Assembly (NCBI RefSeq): GCF_009914755.1
Contig: NC_060938.1
From: the human T2T-CHM13v2.0 reference genome, Homo sapiens
DNA length: 64,000 nucleotides
Direction: 5' to 3' (one strand)
The position numbers and the translations under genes were made by a program. Below, one piece after another: positions 39,825 to 64,000 of this stretch. The notes below the pieces were generated by a model that was given only the letters and a program-made list of their open reading frames with translations, did no database searches and had not been told where the DNA came from. Numbering within the stretch: position 1 is the stretch's first letter; each line of letters starts with the position of its first letter.

Positions 39825-42800
39825 AGTTCTGAAACACAATTTTTGTGCTATCTGCAAGTGGACTTTTGGAGTGCTTTGAGGCCTATGGTGGATAAGGAAA
39901 TATCTTCACATAAAAACTAGACAGAAGCATTCTAACAAATTTCTTTGAGATGTGTGCACTCATCTCACAGAGTTGAACATTTCTTTTGATTGAGTAATTT
40001 GGTAACTCTGTAGAATCTGCAAGTGGATATTTGGAGCGCTATGAGGCCTATGGTCGAAAAGGAAGTATCTTCACTTAGGAACTAGACAGAAACATTCTGA
40101 CAAACTTCTTTGTGATGTGTGCATTCATCTCAGAGTTGAACCATTCTTTTGATTGACCAGTTTTTTTTTTTTGTTTTTTTTTTTTTTTTTTTGAGACGGA
40201 GTCTCGCTCTGTCGCCCAGGTCGGACTGCGGACTGCAGTGGCGCAATCTCGGCTCACCGCAAGCTCCGCTTCCCGGGTTCACGCCATTCTCCTGCCTCAG
40301 CCTCCCGAGTAGCTGGGACTACAGGCACCCGCCACCGCGCCCGGCTAATTTTTTGTATTTTTAGTAGAGACGGGGTTTCACCGTTTTAGCCAGGATGGTC
40401 TCGATCTCCTGACCTCATGATCCACCCGCCTCGGCCTCCCAAAGTGCTGGGATTACAGGCGTGAGCCACCACGCCCGGCCTTGATTGACCAGTTTTGAAA
40501 CACTCTCTGTAGAATCTGCAAATGGACATTTGGAGGGCTTTGCAACCGATGGTGCAAAAGGAAATATCTTCACATAAAAACTATTCTGAAACATTCTGAC
40601 AAACTCCTTTGTGATGTGTGCATTCATCTCATGGAGTTGAAACTTCCTTTGCATTGAACAGTTTTGAAAAACTCTTTTTGTAGAATCTGCAAGTGTACAC
40701 TTGGAGCGCTTTGAGGCCTATTGTCGAAAAGGTAAAAACTTCACAAAAAATCTAGACAGGATCATTCTTAGAAAATTCTTTGTGATGTGATCATTCATCT
40801 CACAGAGTTGAATCTTTCTTTTGATTGAGCAGTTTTGAAACACTCTTTGTAGAATTTCCACGTGGACATTTGGCCCCTAAGAGGCCTATGTTGGAAAAGG
40901 AAATATCTTCACATTAAAACTAGACAGAAGCTTTCTGAGGTACTTCTTTGTGATGTGTGCATTCATCTCAGAGAGTTGAACATTGCTTTTGATTGAGCAG
41001 TTTTGAAACACCCTTTTTGTACTATCTGGAAGTGGATATTTGGAGTGCTTTGAGGCCTATGGTGGAGAAGGAAATATCTTCACATAAAAACTAGACAGAA
41101 GCATTCTGACAAATTACTTTGTGATGTGTGCATTTATCTCACAGAGTTGAACCTTTCTTTTGATTGAGTAGTTTGGAAACCCTCTTTTTGTAGAATCAGC
41201 AAGTGGACATTTGAGTGCTTTGAGGCCTATGGTGGAAAAAGAAATATCTTCAATTAAAAATTAGACAGAAGCATTCTGAGAGATTTCTTTGTGATGTGTG
41301 CATTCATGTCACAGAGTTGAAATTTTCTTTTGATTGAGCAGTTTTGAAACACTCTTTTTGTAAAATCTGCAACTGGACATTTGGAGCACTTTGAGGACTA
41401 TGATGGAAAAGGAAATATCTTCACATAAAAACTAGACATAAGCATAATGAAAAACTTCTTTGTGATGTGTGCATTCATCTCACGGAGTTGAACTTTTCTT
41501 TTGTTTGAGCAGCTTAAAAACACTGTTTTTGTAGAATCTGCAAGTAAACTTTTGGAGTGCTTTGAGGCCTATGGCGGAAAAGGAAATATCTTCACATAAA
41601 AACTATAGAGAAAGATTCTGACAAACTTCGTCATAATGGGTGCATTCATCTTATGGAGTTAAAAATTAGTTTTGAATGACCAATTTGAAACACTCTTTTT
41701 GTAGGATCTGCACGTAGACATTTGGAGCGCTTTGAGGCCTATGGTGGAAAATGAAATATCTTCACATAAAAACTAGACAGAAGCATTCTGAAAAAATTTT
41801 GTGATGTGTGCATTCATCTCACAGAATTGGACCTTTCTTTTGATTGAGCAGTTTTGAAACACTCTTTTTGTAGAAACTGCAAGCGGACATGTGGAGTGCT
41901 TTGAGGCCAATGGTGGAAAAGGAATACCTTCACATAAAAACTATGCAGAAGCATTCTGTCAAACTCCTTTGTGACGGGTACATTCATCTCACAGAGTTGA
42001 ACATTTCTTTTGATTGAGCAACTTTGAAACACCATTTTTGTAGAATCTGAGAGTGGACATTTTGCGCACGTTGAGGCCTATGGTGGAAAAGGAAATAACG
42101 TAAAAACTAGACAGAAGAATTCTGACAAACTTCTTTGTGATTTGTGCATTCATCTCACAGAGTTGAACCTTACTTTACGTTGAGCAGTTTTGAAACCCTT
42201 TTTGCAGAATCTTCATGTGGTCATTTGGGGCGCTTTGAGGCATATGGTGGAAAAGGAAATATCTTCACATAAAAACTACTCAGAAGCATTCCGACAAGCT
42301 TATTTCTGATGTGTGCATTCATGTCACAGGGTTGAAACTTACTTTTCATTGAGCAGTTTTGAAACACTCTTTTTGTAGAATCTGCAAGTAGACATTTGGA
42401 GCAACTTGATTCCTATGGTGGATAACGAAATATCTTCCTTTAATAACTAGACACAAGCATGGTGAGAAATTTCTTTGTGATGTGTGCATTCATCCCACAG
42501 AGTTGAACTTTTCTTTAGATTGAGCAGCTTTGAAACACTCTTTTTGTAGGATCTGCAAGTGGTCATTTGGAACACTTTGAGGCCTATGGTGGAAAAGGAA
42601 ATATCTTCACATAAAAACTAGACAGAAGCATTCTACCAAACTTCTTTGTGATGTGTGCATTCATCTCACAGAATTGAATCTTACTTTTGATTGAGGAGTT
42701 TTGAAAGACGCTTTTTGTACTATTTGCAAGTGGACGTTTGGAGTGATTTGAAGCCTATGGTGGAAAAGGAAATATCTTCACATGAAAACTAGACAGAAAC

Positions 42801-44859
42801 ATCTTGACAAATGTCTTCATCATGTGTGCATTCATCTCACAAAGTTGAACCTTACTTTTCATTGAGCAGCTTTGAAACACTGTTATTGTAGAATCTGCAA
42901 GTGGACATTTGGAGTGCTGTGAGACCAATGGTGGAAAAGGAAAAATCTTCACATAAAAACTAGACAGAAGCATTGTGACAAACTTCTTTGTGATGTGTGC
43001 ATTCATCTCACAGAGTTGAGACTTTCTTTTGATTGACCAGCTTTCAAAAGCTCTTTTTGTAGAATCTGGATGTGGACATTTGGAGCGCCTTGAGGCCCAT
43101 GGTGGAAAGGGTAATATCTTCACATAAAAACCAGACAGAAGCATTCTGACAAACTTCTTTTTGATGTGTGCATTCATCTCACAGAGTTGAACTTTCTTTT
43201 GATTGAGCAGCTTTGAAACACTCTTTTTGTAGAATCTGCAAGTGGACATTTGGAGCGCTTTTTGGTGTCTGGTGGAAAAGGAAGTATCTTTACGTAATAA
43301 CTAGACAGAAGCATTCTGACACACTTCTTTGTGATGTGTGCATTCATCTCACGGAGTTGAAACTTTCTTTTGATTGTGCAGTTTTGAAACAATGTTTTTG
43401 TAGAATCTGCAAGTGGACATTTGGAGCGCTTTGAGGACTATGGTGGAAAAGGAAATATCTTCACATAAAAACTAGACAGAAGAAATCTGGCAAACTTCTT
43501 TTTGACGTGTGCATTCATCTCACAGAGTTGAAACTTTCCTTTGATTGAGCAGCTTTAAGCACCCTTTTTGTAGAATCTGCGAGTGGACTTTGGAAGCGCT
43601 TTGAAGCCTATGGTGAAAAAAGAAATATCTTCACATAAAAACTAGACACAAGAATTCTGACAAACTTCTTTGTGATTTCTTTATTCATCTCAGAGAGGTG
43701 ACCCTTACTTTTGATTGAGCAGATTTGAAACACTTTTTTTTTGTAGAATCTGGAAGTGGACATTTGGGGCGCTTTGAGGCCTATGGTGGAAACGGAAATA
43801 TCTTTACATAAAAACCAGGCAGAAGCATTCTGACAAACTTCTTTGTGATGTGTACATTCACCTCACCGAGTTGAACATTTCTTTTGATTCGGCAGCTTTG
43901 AAACACTCTTTTTTTTGAATCTGCAGTGGACATTTGGAGCACTTTGTGTCCTATGGTGGAAAAGGATATATCTTCACATAAAAACTAGATAGAAGCATTC
44001 TGACAAACTTGTCTGTGATGTGTGCATTCATCTCACAGAGTTGACACTTACTTTTCATTGAGGAGTTTTGAAACACTTTTTGTAGAATCTGCAAGTGGAC
44101 ATTTGGAGCGCTTTGAGGCCTATAGTGTAAAAGGAAATATCTTCACAAAAAAACTAGACAGAAGCATTCTGGCAAACTTATTTGTGATGTGTGCAATCAT
44201 CTCACAGAGTTTAAACTTTCTTTCGATTGAGCAGCTTTGAATCACTCTTTTTGTAGAATCTGCAAGTGGATATTTTGAGCGCTTTGAGGCTTATGGTGGA
44301 AAAGGAAATACCTTCACATAAAAACTAGACAGAAGCATTCTGACAAAATTCTTTGTGATGTGTGCATTCATCAGAGAGTTGAACCTCACTTTTCATTCAG
44401 CAGTTTTGAAACACTCTTTTTGTAGAATCTGCAAGTGTACATTTGGGGCACTTTAAGGCCTTTATTGGAAAAGGAAATATCTTCATATAAAAACTATACA
44501 GAAGCATTCGGACAAACTTTGTGATGTGCGTTTTCATCTCACAGAGTTAAAACTTTCTTTTGATTCAGCAGCTTTTAAACACCCTTTTTGTAGGATCTGC
44601 TAGTGGACATTTGGAGCGATTTGAGGCCTATGGTGGAAAAGGAAATATCTTCACATAACAACTAGACAAAAGAATTCTGAGAAACTTCTCTGTGATGTGT
44701 GCGTTCATGTCACAGAGTTGAATCTTTCTTTTGATTGAGAAGTTTGGAATCTCTTTTTGTAGAATCAGCAAGTGGACATTTGGAGGGCTTTGTGGCTATG
44801 GTAGAAAAGGATATATCTTCACATAAAGTCTAGACAGAAGCAATCTGAAAAACTTGTTT
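39825..44859 (+). repeat. Alpha satellite block 4a (interrupted by AluYb at 40165-40480)
   Basis: Switch to + orientation at GTCCAGTTCTGAAACAC; monomers carry CATTCTGACAAAC variants. Confidence 0.96.
40165..40480 (-). mobile_element. Full-length AluYb-lineage element (AluYb8-like) with 16-bp TSD
   Basis: Antisense Alu from the poly(T) tract to CCCGGCC, with the Yb 7-bp duplication GGACTGCGGACTGC and high CpG content. Perfect TSD TTGATTGACCAGTTTT at 40149-40164 and 40481-40496; nick site TTTT/GA. Confidence 0.96.
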
Positions 44860-45640
44860 TATTATTATTATTATTATACTTTAAGTTTTAGGACACATGT
44901 GCACAATGTGCAGGTTACTTACATAGGTATACATGTGCCATGCTGGTGAGCTGCACCCACTAACTCGTCATCTAGCATTAGGTATATTTCCCACTGCTAT
45001 CCCTCTTGCCTCCCCACAACCCGCAACAGACCCCAGAGTGTGATGTTCCCCTTCCTGTCTCCATGTGTTCTCATTGTTCAATTCCCACTTATGAGTGAGA
45101 ATATGCTTTGTTTGGTTTTTTGTTTTTGCGATAGTTTACTGAGAATGATGATTTCCAATTTCATCCATGTCCCTACAAAGGACATGAACTCATCATTTTT
45201 TATGGCTGCATAGTATTCCATGGTGTATATGTGCCACATTTTCTTAATCCAGTCTATCATTGTTGGACATTTGGGTTGGTTCCAAGTCTTTGCTATTGTG
45301 AATAGTACCACAATAAACATACGTGTGCATGTGTCTTTATAGCAGCATGATTTATACTCCTTTGGGTATATACCCAGTAATGGGATGGCTGGGTCAAGTG
45401 GTATTTCTTGTTCTAGATCCCTGAGGAATCTCCACACTGACTTTCACAAGGGTTGAACTAGTTTACAGTCCCACCAACAGTGTAAAAGTGTTCCTATTTC
45501 TCCACATCCTCTCCAGCACCTGTTGTTTCCTGACTTTTTAATGATTGTCATTCTAACTGGTGTGAGATAATATCTCATTGTGGTTTTGATTTGCATTTCT
45601 CTGATGGCCAGTGATGATGAGCATTTTTTCATGTTTTTTT
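44860..45640 (-). mobile_element. L1PA3-like 3' segment (ORF2 C-terminus, 3'UTR, TAA-rich tail) of a 5'-inverted insertion
   Basis: TTATTATACTTTAAGTTTTAGG is the antisense L1 3' end. Minus-strand ORFs 45444-45632 and 45078-45437 encode the ORF2 cysteine-rich C-terminus ([24 protein letters not shown]). Confidence 0.95.
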
Positions 45641-56578
<10,938 letters not shown>

Positions 56579-57470
56579 AACAAATTTACAAGAAAACAAC
56601 AAACAACCCCATCAAAAAGTGGGCGAAGGACATGAACAGACACTTCTCAAAAGAAGACATTTATGCGCCAAAAGACACATGAAAAAATGCTCATCATCAC
56701 TGGCCATCAGAGAAATGCAAATCAAAACCACAATGAGATATCATCCCACACCAGTTACAATGGCAATCATTAAAAAATCAGGAAACAACAGGTGCTGGAG
56801 AGGATGTGGAGAAATAGGAACACTTTTACACTGTTGGTGGGACTGTAAACTAGTTCAACCATTGTGGAAGTCAGTGTGGCAATTCCTCAGGGATCTAGAA
56901 CTGGAAATACCATTTGACCCAGCCATTCCCTTACTAGGTATATGCCCAAAGGACTACAAATCATGCTGCTACAAAGACACATGCACACGTATGTTTATTG
57001 CCGCACTATTCACAATAGCAAAGACTTGGAACCAACCCAAATGTCCAACAATGTTAGACTGGATTAAGAAAATGTGGCACATATACACCATGGAAAACTA
57101 TGCAGCCATAAAAAATGATGAGTTTATGTCCTTTGTAGGGACATGGATGAAATTGGAAATCATCATTCTCAGTAAACTATCGCAAGAACAAAAAACCAAA
57201 CACCGCATATTCTCATTCATAGGTGGGAATTGAACAATGAGAACACATGGACACAGGAAGGGGAACATCACACTCTGGGGACTGTTGTGGGGTTGGGGGG
57301 ATGGGGGAGGGATAGCATTCGGAGATATATCTAATGCTAGATGACGACTTAGTGGGTGCAGCGCACCAGCATGGCACATGTATACATATGTAACTAACCT
57401 GCACATTGTGCACATGTACCCTAAAACTTAAAGTATAATAATAATAAAAAGTTAAAGAAACAAAAACAAA
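56579..57470 (+). mobile_element. L1PA2/3-like 3' fragment (ORF2 C-terminus, 3'UTR, A-rich tail)
   Basis: CAAATTTACAAGAAAA... through GTACCCTAAAACTTAAAGTATAATAATAATAAAAA. ORF 56619-57233 encodes the ORF2 C-terminus. No TSD found. Confidence 0.95.
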
Positions 57471-57735
57471 GATGAGAAATAATCTGTAGTTATATTACTT
57501 AAGTTTAGAGTGAGTTTTATTTTTTGCTCTGCTTGCTAAGTATTAGGATAATGCAAGTGTATACTATTCAGTTTAAATAGATAAAGAATTTTTTAATCAC
57601 AGCTTCAATGGATGAATGTTCTTTTTGTTCATCTGAGTAACTAAAAATAATATTGCTAGTGTAAAATCACTCCCATATTGCTTTGATTTGTAAGGTAAAC
57701 CTCGTTTAAATAAAAAGAAAAACAATATTAATAAG

Positions 57736-61943
<4,208 letters not shown>

Positions 61944-62945
61944 GAGAGGAAGTAAGCCATGCTGATTCCTGATGAGAAAGCATTCCAAGAAAAGGGGACC
62001 ACACATGCAAAGGCCCTGAGGCAGAAGCACAACTTCCTGGTGTCTTTGAAGATTGCAAAATAGAGGGGAGACTGACTGGCCTAGACATCAGAGAAGTGTC
62101 AGGGGACAATATGGTTTAAAACATTCCTAGCCATGGAAGGTTTTAAGGAGATGAAAACATTATTTGCCTTATGCTTTGAAAAGACTTACTCTGGATCACC
62201 TGATGTCAGGAGTTCGAGACCTGCCTGGCCAACATGGCAAAACCCCATCTCTATTAAAAACACAAAAATTAGCCAGGCTTGGTGGTGCATGCCTGTAGTC
62301 CCAGCTACTTGGGAGGCTGAGGCAGGAGAATCACTTGAACCCAGGAGTTAGAAGTTGTAGTGAACCCAGATTGCACCACTGCACTCCAGCCTGGGTGACA
62401 GAGGAGACTCTGTCTCAAAAAAAAAAAATAAATAAAGACTTACTCTGGTTGCTCAGTGAAGAACAAAGTACAGGGAGAAAGAAAAAGTGGGAGAGGAGTT
62501 AGGAGGCTATTTTCATAATCCATGAAAGCAATAACTTAAAGTGAAGCAGGTTGTACACAATGGGTGTGGCAAGGGAAGCTCAGATTCTTAATGCAGTTCA
62601 ACAGTGTATGCTGATATGAGGTGTAAGAAACAAAGAGGGGTCAGGACAAGTTTTCTGGCCTAACGGCCGGTACGCTGGAGGTGCTATTTACTGAGTCGGA
62701 GAAGACTGAGGAGTGTTGGGCCCAGGGGTTGAAGGTGGAGGATCAAGAATTCCCTTATGGATGTGTGATAGTTGAGTTGTCTATTAGTCTTCCAAGTGGT
62801 GATAATCGGCAGATAATTAGATATGAGTCTAAATTTTAGAGGAGAGGTAGGAGGTGGAAATATGTGTTCATGGACCATGCACATATACATGGAATTTAAT
62901 GCCATTGGGCTTCATGAGATCACAGAGGCATGAGTGCACCAAGAA
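61944..62945 (-). mobile_element. Ancient L2 LINE fragment (interrupted by AluS)
   Basis: Purine-rich degenerate motifs typical of antisense L2: GCAAAGGCCCTGAGGC, TTAGGAGGCTATT, TCCAAGTGG...GATATGAGTCT, ATTTAATGCCAT...ATGAGATCAC. Recognised by eye only. Confidence 0.7.
62195..62433 (+). mobile_element. 5'-truncated AluS (Sx/Sz-like) with 15-bp TSD
   Basis: (GG)ATCACCTGATGTCAGGAGTTCGAGAC...GTCTCAAAAAA; perfect TSD AAAGACTTACTCTGG at 62180-62194 and 62434-62448. Confidence 0.93.
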
Positions 62946-63559
62946 AAAAGGTTGAGAATGGTTAAAAGGTAAATGTTCCTTCTACATTTTGAATTTATAG
63001 TAATAATGACACAGTAGCCAGTTGCTGAAACACTACCCAGTCCAGAGTAAAACAAATTTCCTATTTTATCAAATCATTGAATGCCATTTAAAATTCAGAA
63101 TACTTGCAGAGATCCCAAATATCTTAATAAAGATGAAAGCCTAAGTTCACATTGGTGGCCTAGACTCTGCCTTCCCTGATCGTCTATTTAAAAATAACAA
63201 TAATGATAATAATAAGAAGAAATATTCATGGATCACTAGATATGTTGAAATACACTCAAAGGTAAATTCATTTCTTTTCTACTATACCCTTGTAACTATC
63301 AGTCTATAAAATAGCTTTATTAGAAAGGCACAGTCACCCTCAAGCCAATAGCAGCTTATAAATACAGGGCAAGGAGCCTGGTGTGGGGAGGCTGAGAAAT
63401 AATTGAGAGAACCAGTAGATATGAAGCTAATAAATAACACTGTCGACCAGAATGAGGCAGATAAGCCAGAGGCAGTGCAAATGGCCAGTCAAGACAGGTA
63501 GACAGACAGAAGCCAGGAGTGAGAGACGGGATGTCCAAAGTGCAATAAAACACTCAAGA

Positions 63560-64000
63560 ACCAGTGAATCCATGGGAGCTTACAGCAAGGGGGTGGATGA
63601 AGGAAGGAGCATCCAGGTAGAGGGGAAGGAATGGAGGTGTGAACCGGAGGCAGGAGAGCACAAGCTATTTGATATGTTTGGAGAGCGAGGTGCTTTTTTG
63701 AGGCTGAGAAAATAACTGGAAGCCAGAATCTGGAGGACTGGGTAGACAATGTTAAACAGCAAGCACTTGATTCTGCACGTGTTGGAAGCCAGTGCGGGGC
63801 TTCTAAGCAAGGCAGTGACATGATCACATCACATTTTAGGAAGGGTACAAATTAGGCATGACCACAGGCAGGAAGACCCGAGAGATCTCTTACAGTCAGG
63901 GATAAGAGTCTAAACGACAAGATGGCCATGAACATTCAAAGAAAGAAGACCGAAGAGACTTTAGAGGGCAGGCCCCACGGGACCTGAGTGAAGGGGTTTG
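63560..64000 (-). mobile_element. Probable second L2 fragment
   Basis: GGAAGCCAGTGCGGGGCTTCTAAGCAAGGCAGTGACATGATCACATCACATTTTAGGAAG resembles the antisense L2 consensus; boundaries are uncertain. Confidence 0.55.

Noticed and set aside
62684-63827. Short ORFs (65-112 aa) in the non-satellite end
   Set aside because: No recognisable domains; they overlap L2-derived sequence and have no supportable exon structure.

Overview
Primate pericentromeric DNA, almost certainly human given an AluYb-lineage insertion. No host protein-coding or RNA gene is supported. About 46 kb is divergent, CENP-B-box-free alpha satellite in four blocks of alternating orientation and at least three sequence layers. It is interrupted by a doubly truncated L1PA fragment fused to a 4.6 kb CATTC/CACTC (HSat3-like) block carrying three copies of one captured Alu fragment, by an AluYb element, and by a twin-primed (5'-inverted) L1PA. 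The satellite ends at about 56.58 kb, followed by two L1PA elements and older L2/AluS-containing non-satellite DNA. All long ORFs are decayed L1 ORF1/ORF2 or satellite artefacts. I found no evidence of a new gene system. The interesting signals are structural: an Alu-seeded composite satellite, nascent higher-order repeats in monomeric alpha, microhomology-joined strand switches, and a possible nested L1 3' transduction at the satellite boundary. Subfamily and layer assignments are by eye from remembered consensus sequences and need computational confirmation.
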